Program-made: the position numbers and the translations under genes
Shown: piece by piece, positions 26,608-36,565 of the stretch
Numbering within the stretch: the stretch's first letter is position 1
Layout of the letters: each line of letters opens with the position of its first letter
Notes under the pieces: generated by a model
Seen by the model: only the letters and a program-made list of their open reading frames with translations
Told to the model about the DNA's origin: nothing
Databases searched by the model: none
DNA from: Candidatus Falkowbacteria bacterium
GTDB lineage: Bacteria; Patescibacteriota; Patescibacteriia; Patescibacteriales; UBA12075
Reading direction: 5' to 3'
Length of the DNA: 59,217 nt
NCBI GenBank assembly: GCA_043801965.1
Contig: JAZDLN010000021.1
Location: forward strand, 1 to 59,217

Positions 26608-28017
26608 TTACAGGGGGATATTACCCTCATACATAATTACGCCTTTAGGCGTTTTACCGAGCGTATAGCCTTTGGGCTTTGTAAAAAACGGGTCGTCGTA
26701 AATATGCCGGATAAGCCCGTCCCGGAATTTCGGATGGGCGATCGAAGCGATCGCCAGCGCTTTGTGGCCCGTGGTCAAACCCCGCAGATCGGCGACTCCG
26801 AATTCATTTACGATCACGACCCCATCATAGGCAGCGGCCGTCTGGCTTATTCCCGGGGGAGCGGCCGGCACGATCTTTGATTCGCCGTTTCCAGCCAGAC
26901 TTTTTATGGCGATTATCGGCGTTCCGAAATTCCTTGAACTTAACGCCCGGATAAAATCAGGCTGTCCGCCGATCCCGCTCCAATAACGGCGCGGATCGAT
27001 AAAATCGGCCCACACGTTGCCGAAAAGATCCACGCCGATCGCCGTATTTATCGAAATAAAGGGAGCGTTCCGGCGGATCGTTTCCATGGCGTTCGTGTAA
27101 GAGGCCGGGCGCATTTGCACGCCGTTCCTTAAATGCGTAAAATCGTAAAGTTCCCTGGTTCCCATGACCAGGCAAGTCGTGCTATAGCCCATGTTCGCTT
27201 TTTTCCGCCGGTTATTTATGATATTGAGCTTTTGCAGGAGCATCAGGCCGTCACCGTAGAGTTCGGTCTGTACGCCCAGATTCCTGAAACCGGAATTCTT
27301 TATCATTCCGATGGCCGCGTCGGTTATTTTTCCGATCCCGACCTGGAGAGTGACGCCGTCACGGATGAAATGGGACACGATCTGTTCTCCGATGCGCTTT
27401 TCCGCCGCCTCAAGATTTTCGAAATCCGGAGCCGGAAAAGAATATACCGGTTCCACGCCCTCGGTCACGAGATAATCGATCGAATCGGCATCGACTACGC
27501 TTTGGCCCAATACGAACGGCATCGAATCGTCCTCTTCGGCAATAACGATCTTGGCGTGGTCTATGGCGGCATGAAGCGCCTCCACGGACAATCCCAAGCT
27601 GTATTCGCCCGTCTGCGGATGCCGCCTAACCTTGAATATGGCGACATCCGGACAATATTCCTCTCCGGGAGCGATGATATTTTCGATATTGCGCAAGGTG
27701 CATGGCAGATAAAAAGCCCGACCCTCATTGGCCGCTTGTCTGATGTTTTCCCCGGAAAAAATCGAATAACTCATGATCCGGTCTTCCAGCCCCGGTTCGG
27801 TATGCGGCGCCGGTCCCTGAAGGAGAGTGTGAACCAACCGTATGAACGGCAATTTCGGTCGGCGGTCCTTAACCGCCGCGGCCAACGCTTTAAGGCTGGC
27901 CGTGGGGGTGGCCGCGTTCGATCCCAAATAACAGGTAATTATTTTCCGGTTGCGGAATTTCTTCGCCAATATGGACGGTATATTGCCCGGATTTATTTTC
28001 TTGCCGGCAAAAACCAT
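26608..28017 (-). CDS. Acetyl-CoA hydrolase/transferase family protein (4-hydroxybutyrate/succinyl-CoA:acetate CoA-transferase-like)
   Basis: About 469 aa. Family hallmark SGIGGQPDF and overall colinearity with the family. ATG at 28017 is preceded by AGGAGG. Confidence 0.85.
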   Translation of the reverse strand: MVFAGKKINPGNIPSILAKKFRNRKIITCYLGSNAATPTASLKALAAAVKDRRPKLPFIRLVHTLLQGPAPHTEPGLEDRIMSYSIFSGENIRQAANEGRAFYLPCTLRNIENIIAPGEEYCPDVAIFKVRRHPQTGEYSLGLSVEALHAAIDHAKIVIAEEDDSMPFVLGQSVVDADSIDYLVTEGVEPVYSFPAPDFENLEAAEKRIGEQIVSHFIRDGVTLQVGIGKITDAAIGMIKNSGFRNLGVQTELYGDGLMLLQKLNIINNRRKKANMGYSTTCLVMGTRELYDFTHLRNGVQMRPASYTNAMETIRRNAPFISINTAIGVDLFGNVWADFIDPRRYWSGIGGQPDFIRALSSRNFGTPIIAIKSLAGNGESKIVPAAPPGISQTAAAYDGVVIVNEFGVADLRGLTTGHKALAIASIAHPKFRDGLIRHIYDDPFFTKPKGYTLGKTPKGVIMYEGNIPL

Positions 28018-28080
28018 ACTGCCTCCTGTCACGTCTGTTTAAGTTTTAATGTGCTTATTTTAAATATTTTAATCAATACC

Positions 28081-29184
28081 TTATTCTCCCTTCTCCCGCT
28101 TCCACCGCAAATAAGACTCGGAAAAAGCTCCGAGGTCGCCCCCTAAAACACCGTCTATATCCTGGGTCTCGTAATTCGTCCGGTGGTCCTTGACCATCTT
28201 ATAAGGCTGCATGACGTATGACCGGATCTGCTTCCCCCATTCCGCTTTCTGCGTTTCGCCCTTGATCTGCCTTTCTTCGGCGGCGCGTTTTTCTTCCTGG
28301 AACTGGTATAATTTCGACTTAAGTATCTTAAAGGCGGTTTCCCGGTTCTGATGCTGGCTGCGTTCGTTCTGGCAGGCGACCACGATTCCGGTGGGTTTAT
28401 GCGTTACGCGCACGGCCGAATCGGTCGTATTGACGCTTTGGCCACCCGGGCCGCTTGATCTGTAAACGTCTACGCGCAACTCATCCTCTTTAAGCTCGAT
28501 ATCTTCCGCTTCAGGCAATTCGGGAATAACCTCGACTAACGCGAAAGACGTATGGCGCATGGCTTCAGCGTCGAAGGGACTTATCCGGACAAGCCGGTGC
28601 ACCCCGGCCTCGCTTTTAAGATGGCCGTAAGCCCAACGGCCCTTGATGTGGACAGTGGCGCTCTTTAATCCAGCCTCATTACCGACCGTCCGGTCGATCA
28701 TTTCGGCGCGCCAGCCCTTTTTCTCGGCAAAACGCAAAAACATCCGCTCAAGGATCTCGGCCCAGTCCTGCGCGTCCACCCCGCCGGTGCCGGCATGGAT
28801 AGAAAGAATCGCGTTCCCCTGGTCGTATTTGCCTGAAAACAGAATATAAAACTCCAGCCGTTCGAATTTCTTTTTCAGCTCTTCATATTTTTTATTGACA
28901 TCGGCCTCGACCGAAGTGTCGCCCTCAGCGGCCGCCATTGCCGTGAGCTCTTTCAGGTCATTGACTTCCGCGGAAAATTCATCCCATTCCCCGATCTCCG
29001 CTTCTAGGGCCTCCGCATTTTTGCTTATTTCCACCGCTCTTTCCCGGTTATTCCAAAAATCAGGTTTATTGATTTCCAGCTTCTTACTACTTACCTCCAC
29101 CTTCTTTCCGTCAATATCCAAAAGCCGCCGGGTGCTTAAAACCCGCTCCGTTAGCGCTTCCAGATTTTTCAATAAGTTTTCCAT
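28081..29184 (-). CDS. prfB: Peptide chain release factor 2
   Basis: SPF tripeptide (RISPFD) and GGQ motif (GPGGQSVNT). It is a single uninterrupted ORF. ATG at 29184 (MENLLKNLE) is preferred over the TTG at 29214. Confidence 0.9.
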   Translation of the reverse strand: MENLLKNLEALTERVLSTRRLLDIDGKKVEVSSKKLEINKPDFWNNRERAVEISKNAEALEAEIGEWDEFSAEVNDLKELTAMAAAEGDTSVEADVNKKYEELKKKFERLEFYILFSGKYDQGNAILSIHAGTGGVDAQDWAEILERMFLRFAEKKGWRAEMIDRTVGNEAGLKSATVHIKGRWAYGHLKSEAGVHRLVRISPFDAEAMRHTSFALVEVIPELPEAEDIELKEDELRVDVYRSSGPGGQSVNTTDSAVRVTHKPTGIVVACQNERSQHQNRETAFKILKSKLYQFQEEKRAAEERQIKGETQKAEWGKQIRSYVMQPYKMVKDHRTNYETQDIDGVLGGDLGAFSESYLRWKREKGE

Positions 29185-29289
29185 AATTGTCTTTATTATA
29201 CTAAAAAAAGCCAAAAAGTCAAATGAATAAATTGCTTTTTCATCTTGACTGGAGTTAAAAATTATGGCATCATCATATCTTGCGGCTCT

Positions 29290-29317
29290 TTTACAAAATA
29301 ATATTTTGTTTTACAAT
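29290..29317 (+). promoter_or_regulatory. Putative promoter of pepN
   Basis: TTTACA-16 nt-TACAAT. Confidence 0.4.
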
Positions 29318-29368
29318 AAAAATATCGCTTAATCCGTATTTTTAGCGGAAACGAGAAGGAGAAAAAGC

Positions 29369-31924
29369 ATGACAAACAAAGATCTGCGCAAAGGCGTTTA
29401 CCAGGAGGGGGTTTACCCGACCGAATATCACGTGGTGCTGACACCGAACCTCGATGCCTGGACATGCGACGCTGTCACGGTAATCGAAATTGTCGCGAAA
29501 AGTCCGATAGATTTTGTCGACCTTAACGCCTATAACTTAAAAAATCTCAAAGCCTACAACCCAAAGGATGTCCGGACCGGCTTAAGGCCGGAAGATGAAT
29601 GTTCCATCGAGATCGATCCGGACGGCCTTGACAGGAAAAAGGATCGGCGGATTCGCGTGCTTCTACCACAACCGACCATGGGTGTTTTTTACCTGCTTAT
29701 AACTTCGCGGGCGACGATCAATCAAAAACTGGAAGGTCTGTATAAAAGCTTCTACGATACCGGAAATAAAAATCTGGGCGCTTTCGCGACCAGCCAATGC
29801 GAAGAATGGGATCTTTGCCAGATCTTTCCGGCCTTCGACCGCCCCGCGGCCAAAGCCGTCTTCCGGGTTAAAGCCGTGATCCCCGCGGATATTAAGGCGA
29901 TTTTCAACATGCTGGTCAAATCAGAAAAAAACATTGGAGATCTGAAACTGGTGGAATTCGAAGATACGCCGAAGATGTCGACCTATCTCCTGTTCTTCGC
30001 TTTTGGCCATTTTGATATTCTGATCGATAAAATCGATCCCCGCTTCCGGGCAATCACGGTACCGGGCAAGATCGAATACGCGAAATACGCGCTTGAATTC
30101 ATGCGTAAATCCGTGCAGCACTGCGAGCGCTATACCGGCGTCGCCTATCCCCTGCCGAAACTCGACATTATCGGCGTGCCGGAGTTTCAGTTCGGCGCCA
30201 TGGAAAACTGGGGAGTGCTGGCTCATCGCGAAAATCTCATGCTTTACTATCCGGGTTCGACCGGCCTCAATGCGGAAAAAAGCATCTGCGAGGTGATTGC
30301 CCACGAAGTCGCCCACCAATGGTTCGGCAACCTGGTTTCGCCCATGGACTGGCAATACGTCTGGCTGAACGAAACTCTGGCCACTTACTTCGGAAACGAT
30401 ATCAGCCAGAAATTAAACCCCAATTGGGCGATCTGGGACTCCTTTCTGCGCGCTGATTATAAAGATGCCATGGACCGGGATGCTTGCCTGTATGATTTTC
30501 CCGTACAATTGCCGGACGGTCTCAAACTTGATATTTCCACTTCAACGGCTCCGATCATCTATTCCAAGGGCGGCTGCATCTATCGGCAGCTTGTCGGTTT
30601 TATGGGCGAAGAAACGCTCAGGAAGGCTCTTGGACACTATCTCTCCCGATACGCTTACGACAATACCGTTACGGAAGATTTCTATTCCGCGCTGTCGGAA
30701 TCAAGCGGCCAACCGGTCAGGGATCTGATGCAGTCATGGATCGAACAGGTCGGCTACCCGATCATTGGCGTAAAAAGAACCGGCCGGCGCCTCGTACTTA
30801 CCCAGAGAAGATTCACTTATCTGCCCAACGAATCGCCGGACATATGGAATATTCCGCTAACTTACCGGGTCTGGCAAAAAGACGGCGCTGTGACCGATCA
30901 CGCCTGCGTCTTTAAAGACCAAACCATAATGGTCAACCTGCCGGAAGATTGCCTGGCCTACAAGTTGAACATCGAACAAACCGGTTTTTACCGCGTTAAA
31001 TATCCTGCCGCGGACCTAAAAACACTGACCGAGTTAGCCAATGCCGGAAAATTATGCCCGAAAGACGCGTTTAGTCTGGAAAATGACGCTTTCGCCCTGC
31101 TTATGAGCGGAGACATGAAAACCGGCGCTTATCTGCGGCTATTTAGGAAGCTTATAACCGAAAAAACGCCATTTCTGCCGCTGATCGCCGCCATGGATAA
31201 TCTGGTCGAATTGCTGCGCCTGAAAAAGCACGCGGAGCACGGCCGTAAAATCACGGCCCTCGGCAAAAAAACGGCGGAAAGCTCCCTGGCTCTGACCGGT
31301 TACGAACCGAAAGAAGGCGAACCGGAAACCGTGACCATCCTGCGCAATACGATGATCGCTCGCGGCGCTATTTTTGGATCAAAAAAAATCATGGAATTCG
31401 CCAGAGAAAAATTCGCCTCTCTTTTGACCGGAAAAAGAATCCATGCCAATATCCGCGCCGGAATTCTAAGCGCAATCGCCACGGAAAATAACCAGACTAT
31501 CTTTGACCGGCTAACGGATATGTTCCGAAAAACAACAAGCGAAAACGAAAGAATGGAAATCCTGCGCGCTCTCGGGTCTTTCAGTGATCCGGAAATCATC
31601 CGGCAAATCTGGAATTTTACGATCAGCGAAGTTCCCCAGGCCAATAAATTTCTGCCCCTGAGCAATCTCGGCTATAATCCGAATGCTCCCGAAACCCTCT
31701 TTGACCTCTACGCCGACGGCCTGGAAAAATTTCTGGACCTGCCGAAGATCAACCACGAAAGAATTATTATGGGGGTATTCAAAAACTGGCAAAATGCCGA
31801 CACTGCCAGGATTGACCGTTTCTTCTCCGACCTGGCGAAAAAACACGAAGAACTGGACGATATCGTAAAATACGCCGGCGAAACCCTCAAAATCGAAAAC
31901 CGAATCCGCCACGAACTTGATTAA
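29369..31924 (+). CDS. pepN: M1 family aminopeptidase N
   Basis: GAMENWG exopeptidase motif, HEVAHQWFGNLVS...WLNE zinc site, 851 aa. Confidence 0.9.
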   Translation: MTNKDLRKGVYQEGVYPTEYHVVLTPNLDAWTCDAVTVIEIVAKSPIDFVDLNAYNLKNLKAYNPKDVRTGLRPEDECSIEIDPDGLDRKKDRRIRVLLPQPTMGVFYLLITSRATINQKLEGLYKSFYDTGNKNLGAFATSQCEEWDLCQIFPAFDRPAAKAVFRVKAVIPADIKAIFNMLVKSEKNIGDLKLVEFEDTPKMSTYLLFFAFGHFDILIDKIDPRFRAITVPGKIEYAKYALEFMRKSVQHCERYTGVAYPLPKLDIIGVPEFQFGAMENWGVLAHRENLMLYYPGSTGLNAEKSICEVIAHEVAHQWFGNLVSPMDWQYVWLNETLATYFGNDISQKLNPNWAIWDSFLRADYKDAMDRDACLYDFPVQLPDGLKLDISTSTAPIIYSKGGCIYRQLVGFMGEETLRKALGHYLSRYAYDNTVTEDFYSALSESSGQPVRDLMQSWIEQVGYPIIGVKRTGRRLVLTQRRFTYLPNESPDIWNIPLTYRVWQKDGAVTDHACVFKDQTIMVNLPEDCLAYKLNIEQTGFYRVKYPAADLKTLTELANAGKLCPKDAFSLENDAFALLMSGDMKTGAYLRLFRKLITEKTPFLPLIAAMDNLVELLRLKKHAEHGRKITALGKKTAESSLALTGYEPKEGEPETVTILRNTMIARGAIFGSKKIMEFAREKFASLLTGKRIHANIRAGILSAIATENNQTIFDRLTDMFRKTTSENERMEILRALGSFSDPEIIRQIWNFTISEVPQANKFLPLSNLGYNPNAPETLFDLYADGLEKFLDLPKINHERIIMGVFKNWQNADTARIDRFFSDLAKKHEELDDIVKYAGETLKIENRIRHELD

Positions 31925-31950
31925 CAACGAAAAAAAACAACCAACCAAAA

Positions 31951-31987
31951 AGCAGCGCGCTCTATGTTCGCTGCTCTTTTATTTTTT
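31951..31987 (+). terminator. Intrinsic terminator after pepN
   Basis: AGCAGCG-N11-CGCTGCT hairpin followed by CTTTTATTTTTT. Confidence 0.7.
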
Positions 31988-31989
31988 GT

Positions 31990-32017
31990 TTGACAAATTA
32001 ATAATTTGTTCTACAAT
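31990..32017 (+). promoter_or_regulatory. Promoter of the M29 aminopeptidase gene
   Basis: TTGACA at 31990-31995, a 16-nt spacer, and TACAAT at 32012-32017. Confidence 0.55.
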
Positions 32018-32141
32018 TAAAATAGCTAAAACAATTAATACTTATTGGACTAGCGCGTTACGGATTCTAACTCCTGGCGACAACCGGAGAAAAATAAAAC
32101 GGATATAAAGGAAAAACGCTTAAGTCCTTTTTTAAAACCAT

Positions 32142-33368
32142 ATGTATATCACTAAGCAGCTTTTTACGGAAAAACAACTCGATAATCTGGCCGCTTCCCT
32201 CGTTTGGGGGATGAAAACGGCCCGGACGGGGCGGTATCGGCGCGGGGATATCGTTCTGGTCATAACCGACCTGGCCGCCCTCGACCTGGCGCAAAAGATC
32301 AATGCCCGGCTCATCAAAGACGGGTTAAATCCGGTCGTGAAAATAAACCACCCCCACGCGATGGATTACGATTATTACAAACTTGCCGATGCTTCACAGT
32401 TAAAATTCGTCCCGCCGGGCACGAAAGAATTATACGATAACCTGAACGGCCTTATAATGCTCCGGGCGCCGGAGTCGATTACCCATCTTAAGGATATCGA
32501 CCCGAAAAAAATCGGCGCGCGCGAACTGGCCATGCGCTTTACGACCGTCGCCCGTTTTAGCCGGCAGGCCCGCGGCCTTTTGGGCTGGACCCTGACATAC
32601 CTGCCGACCGCGGCGACGGCCAAAGAGGCCGGCTTGACGCTTAAGGCTTTTACCGACCAGATCGTCAAGGCCTGCTTTCTGGATGAAAAGGACCCGATCG
32701 CGAAATGGACCGGAATCGCGAAAAGGCAAAACGAATACATGAAATCCCTCAATAAGATCACCCGGCAAACCGCTTACTTCCGGCTCGAATCGAAAAACGC
32801 GGACCTAAAGATCGTTCCCGGGGAAAAACGCCAATGGCTGGGCGGACGCGGCTGTAATATCCCGAGTTTCGAACTATTCCTGTCGCCCGACTGGCGCGGC
32901 ACCGCGGGCGTATTCTACGCCAACCTGCCCTCTTACCGGAACGGCAACTTAGTCAAGGGCGTCCGACTGGAATTCAAAAACGGTTCGGCGGTCGCCGTCA
33001 AAGCGGCGGCCGGGGAAAAATTCGTCCAAAAACAGCTCGCCCTGGACACGGGCGCGAACAAAGTCGGCGAATTCAGCCTGACCGATACCCGTTTCTCCAA
33101 TATCGATAAATTCATGGCCAATACCCTCTTTGACGAGAATTTCGGCGGAAAACACGGCAACAGCCATATCGCGGTCGGCTCGGCCTATGCAGACTCTTAT
33201 GACGGCGACGTCTCAAAACTGACCAAAGCGCAAAAACGAAGACTCGGCTTCAACGATTCGGCCCTGCACTGGGACCTCGTTAACACGGAACCGAAACGCG
33301 TCACGGCCTATCTTAAAAACGGACAGACCAGGATTATTTATGAAAAAGGTAAATTTTCCCTTTCCTGA
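32142..33368 (+). CDS. M29 family aminopeptidase (AmpS/PepS type)
   Basis: 408 aa. Family-like layout with GNSHIAVGSAY and ALHWDLV near the C-terminus. Confidence 0.75.
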   Translation: MYITKQLFTEKQLDNLAASLVWGMKTARTGRYRRGDIVLVITDLAALDLAQKINARLIKDGLNPVVKINHPHAMDYDYYKLADASQLKFVPPGTKELYDNLNGLIMLRAPESITHLKDIDPKKIGARELAMRFTTVARFSRQARGLLGWTLTYLPTAATAKEAGLTLKAFTDQIVKACFLDEKDPIAKWTGIAKRQNEYMKSLNKITRQTAYFRLESKNADLKIVPGEKRQWLGGRGCNIPSFELFLSPDWRGTAGVFYANLPSYRNGNLVKGVRLEFKNGSAVAVKAAAGEKFVQKQLALDTGANKVGEFSLTDTRFSNIDKFMANTLFDENFGGKHGNSHIAVGSAYADSYDGDVSKLTKAQKRRLGFNDSALHWDLVNTEPKRVTAYLKNGQTRIIYEKGKFSLS

Positions 33369-33404
33369 CGCAGGGCGCATCAATATCTAATATTTATACA
33401 TAAA

Positions 33405-33430
33405 AAGCAACGATCTTCGTTGCTTTTTTA
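33405..33430. terminator. Bidirectional terminator between convergent M29 and htrA genes
   Basis: AGCAACGA-tct-TCGTTGCT hairpin flanked by A5 and T6. Confidence 0.75.
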
Positions 33431-33475
33431 TGTGTATAAATTTAAAAAACTGCTCGTTAATCGCGCATTACGACT

Positions 33476-34678
33476 TCACTTCATCTCCTCCAATTTCGTC
33501 GTTACCTCGATTTCCTCCTTACCGCGCGTAATTTTCATGGTTACTGCGTCGCCCGGCTTCCGCTTTCTTAAGATAAAGGAGAGCGGGTTTTCCCTGTTGA
33601 TCCGCTCGCCGTCGAGCTCGATAATCAAATCTCCGGGTTCAAGACCCGCTTTGTCGGCCGGAGAACCGGGAACCACGGACGGCTCGCCGGGCGCGTCCTC
33701 GACTATCCACGCGCCTTCGCTCCGGTCCAGGCCGTTTTCGGCGGCAATCGCTTCGTCGAGCGTTATGTAGCGCACTCCAAGCCAAGGCCGTATTACCCGG
33801 CCGATCCGGCGGACGCTTTCATAAACGTCCTTGATCGCGTCGACCGGAATGGCGAAACCGATATTCTCCGCACCCAAGGCCATGGCCGTATTTATGCCGA
33901 TAACTTCGCCGGAGAGATCGACTAAGGGACCGCCGGAATTACCGGGATTGATCGAAGCGTCGGTCTGGATCACTCCGAAAAGCTCTTCGGCGCCGCCGGT
34001 ACCGCCGGCCGTTACCTGCCGCGATAAACCGGATATGATCCCGTTCGAGACCGTATTTCGAAATTCGCCCAAAGAGTTGCCGATGGCTATCACCGATTGG
34101 CCGACTTTTAGATCAGCGCTCTCTCCCAGGGTAACGACCGGCAAATTCCCGACCTCGATCTTAATGACCGCCAGATCGGTTGCCGGGTCGTTCGCCAATA
34201 CCGTCGCCTCATGCTTCGAGCCGTCGTTTAAAAGAACAGTATAGCTCGCCGCCGTATCTGCCACGACATGATTGTTAGTAATAATATAACCGTCCGGCGC
34301 GATCAAAAACCCTGAGCCGCCCCCGATCTCCCTTTCGACGGTCTCTTCCCGCCTATATTCCGAAGCGCCCAAAAAACCATCATCGTCAGGCATTATATAA
34401 TAGCGTTCGATTACCGGTAAATTTTTAGTTACAATGATCGAGACCACGGCCGGAGAGACTTTTTCGACCGCCGCGATCACGGCCGATTCCGCGTCGGTCG
34501 TTATCGTCCTTCGCGCCGTTACCGGACTGAATGTTTCCGGAGAAAATAATTTCGATATGTCGGCGGACCCGCTGGTCACGACCGTCCCGGACCAAAACCC
34601 GGCCAAAGAGCCGAACAAGGAACTAACTAAAACGGCCAGGATTATCACAACGGCAAAAGTCATGGAATTAAGTTTCAT
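33476..34678 (-). CDS. htrA: HtrA/DegP family serine protease with PDZ domain
   Basis: N-terminal TM anchor, trypsin-like core with TNNHV and GNSGGPL, and a C-terminal PDZ (GSPADKAGLEPGDLI). Confidence 0.9.
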   Translation of the reverse strand: MKLNSMTFAVVIILAVLVSSLFGSLAGFWSGTVVTSGSADISKLFSPETFSPVTARRTITTDAESAVIAAVEKVSPAVVSIIVTKNLPVIERYYIMPDDDGFLGASEYRREETVEREIGGGSGFLIAPDGYIITNNHVVADTAASYTVLLNDGSKHEATVLANDPATDLAVIKIEVGNLPVVTLGESADLKVGQSVIAIGNSLGEFRNTVSNGIISGLSRQVTAGGTGGAEELFGVIQTDASINPGNSGGPLVDLSGEVIGINTAMALGAENIGFAIPVDAIKDVYESVRRIGRVIRPWLGVRYITLDEAIAAENGLDRSEGAWIVEDAPGEPSVVPGSPADKAGLEPGDLIIELDGERINRENPLSFILRKRKPGDAVTMKITRGKEEIEVTTKLEEMK

Positions 34679-34847
34679 AATTTTTCAGAATCAAATATTA
34701 AGACTTATTTACAAAATAAATATACAGGTAAAACATTTAAATACTATTAAAATCGCGTAAAAAAAGGCGGCGCTAATCATGCCGCTAACTCTGAATTTGG
34801 TTAATAAATTTTCAAAGAGCAATCACCTCCTTTTATTGCTTCAAAGA

Positions 34848-35537
34848 TCAATCTATCGGTTCAACCGTGGTAATTATCTTATCGAATGCTTTTTCTATTT
34901 CAGTGTCTTTTGCTTTATACAGATAACCCCAGGAATAAAGTTGTCTTCCATGCTTTATAAACACCACCTTTCTCCTTGTTTCACCGTCATCGATTTCGTC
35001 AAAAACTATTCCATTATCTCCGTTAACGCTTATCTCCCTGTATTCATATTCTTGCGGCCAGAATTTTGAAGTATCATTAAACCAATCTATCATCTCAAGA
35101 ATCGTCATATCCTTTTCATATTTAAAAATATGAAAATATATTTCTCCTTTATTTGCAACTGGCCCTTGATATATTACATCGTACTCGGGTGATGTAAAAA
35201 CATAATTAGTCATATTCTCTCGGGAATCAAAATTATCATACTGCCAGCCTCGCGGATAATTCAACTCAACGCCCCACTCTTCATCCCGCAAAATCTGCCA
35301 ATCGCTCGTATCAATTTCGCCGTTTGCCTGGTATTTTATTTCTTCTGCCGGAACTTGTTCTTCCTGATCGCTTTGATTTTGGTCATCATCTGTTTGCTGG
35401 TTATTGGGCGTGTTTATAACCAGGCTATTACTGTCTGCCAGTCCGCCGTTTGCCATCGGTTTTTCCCAGAGCGCCACAACGATAAGCAATACAAAAAAAC
35501 CAAGTAAGATAAAATAGAAATATTTGTTTTTCAGCAT
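34848..35537 (-). CDS. Hypothetical membrane-anchored extracytoplasmic protein
   Basis: 229 aa. TM anchor, an acidic/Gln-rich linker, then a globular domain. The gene is visibly AT-richer than its neighbours. Confidence 0.6.
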   Translation of the reverse strand: MLKNKYFYFILLGFFVLLIVVALWEKPMANGGLADSNSLVINTPNNQQTDDDQNQSDQEEQVPAEEIKYQANGEIDTSDWQILRDEEWGVELNYPRGWQYDNFDSRENMTNYVFTSPEYDVIYQGPVANKGEIYFHIFKYEKDMTILEMIDWFNDTSKFWPQEYEYREISVNGDNGIVFDEIDDGETRRKVVFIKHGRQLYSWGYLYKAKDTEIEKAFDKIITTVEPID

Positions 35538-35657
35538 AATAAAAAATAATTATTTATTGATGATTTGAATATATACAAAAATTATATGAAATAATAATTA
35601 AAAATAAATTAAAAAACGCCTTAGGCGGTATTCATCCGTTCATTCTTCCAGGAGAAA

Positions 35658-35966
35658 TCAAAACCCGAAAAATATCTTTTTAAACCCGGCTATCCGGCCG
35701 TTCTTTACGCCGATCCCTTCTTTTTTTAATAAGCCGATCTTCTTAATCCTGCCGCCGGCATAGCCGCCCAAGCAACCATCGCCATAAACTACCCGGTGGC
35801 AAGGCACGCGCGGCGCGTCCGGATTTTTATTGAGGGCGTTCCCGACCGCCCGCGCCGCTCCCGGCCGACCCGCGGCCAGCGCCAGCGCGCCATAAGTCGT
35901 CACCCGGCCCTTGGGCACGCCTTTCAGCGTTTCTAAAACTTTTATTTCAAAATCAGTTAACCTCAT
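35658..35966 (-). CDS. ogt: Methylated-DNA-protein-cysteine methyltransferase (MGMT/Ogt, DNA-binding domain only)
   Basis: PCHRVV active-site motif and the TYGALA helix. 102 aa. Confidence 0.85.
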   Translation of the reverse strand: MRLTDFEIKVLETLKGVPKGRVTTYGALALAAGRPGAARAVGNALNKNPDAPRVPCHRVVYGDGCLGGYAGGRIKKIGLLKKEGIGVKNGRIAGFKKIFFGF

Positions 35967-36136
35967 ATGTTATCATTAAAAACCAAGGGTATTAAAACAG
36001 CGTGATAATAAAGCCCAGCAACACTAGATACAAAAAAACAAACAAACCTCAAATCCCAACATTCGACAATCAAACCGTTTGATGTTTGGAATTTGTGCTT
36101 TGTTTGTATCCTTGTATCTTGTTTCTTGTGTCCTTC

Positions 36137-36535
36137 TTATTTTAAATATTTCTTTAAAATTTCAGGATCTATGCTGTTTATATCGATCTTACCGGGATCG
36201 ATCCCTTCAAGAACGGCATCAGCGCCGCTCTTAACGCCCAAAAGTTCCTTATAAACATCAAGCACCTGTCCGAATATCGGCGTAATGCCTTTGAGAAGCG
36301 ACGGCAGGTACAAAACGCCCAAGACTATCGGCACCACGATCAGGAGAAGCTTGATCACGCTCATAATCTGCGACAGCGTGACAAACCGATTGATGTGTTT
36401 CGTCTTCTCCAGAATTTCTTCGGATATCTCAAGATTTTTCTCCGTCAGTTCCCTGATATTTTCCATGGTCCGAGCCAAGCTCGGATCATCACGCTTCTCC
36501 GCGGCCGCTTCGCTTGTATTATTTTTATCCGGCAT
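36137..36535 (-). CDS. Hypothetical membrane protein
   Basis: 132 aa with one central TM helix. No family recognised. Confidence 0.55.
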   Translation of the reverse strand: MPDKNNTSEAAAEKRDDPSLARTMENIRELTEKNLEISEEILEKTKHINRFVTLSQIMSVIKLLLIVVPIVLGVLYLPSLLKGITPIFGQVLDVYKELLGVKSGADAVLEGIDPGKIDINSIDPEILKKYLK

Positions 36536-36565
36536 AATTTGTTCTTTGTGGCTAGTTACGAGTTA

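Noticed and set aside
27133-28146. 337-aa ORF on the plus strand
   Set aside because: It is entirely antisense to the CoA-transferase and prfB genes, which have strong family motifs. Its translation is Arg/Gly/Phe-rich low-complexity sequence with no motifs, typical of a shadow ORF.
28081-29214. Programmed +1 frameshift site in prfB
   Set aside because: I looked for the classic early in-frame UGA/CUUUGAC site. The RF2 ORF is continuous from ATG 29184, so no frameshift is needed.
29262-29465. 67-aa minus-strand ORF across the pepN promoter and start, and similar ORFs at 31917-32294 in the pepN/M29 spacer
   Set aside because: They overlap promoters, terminators or the 5' ends of well-supported genes. 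They have no RBS and no family signal.
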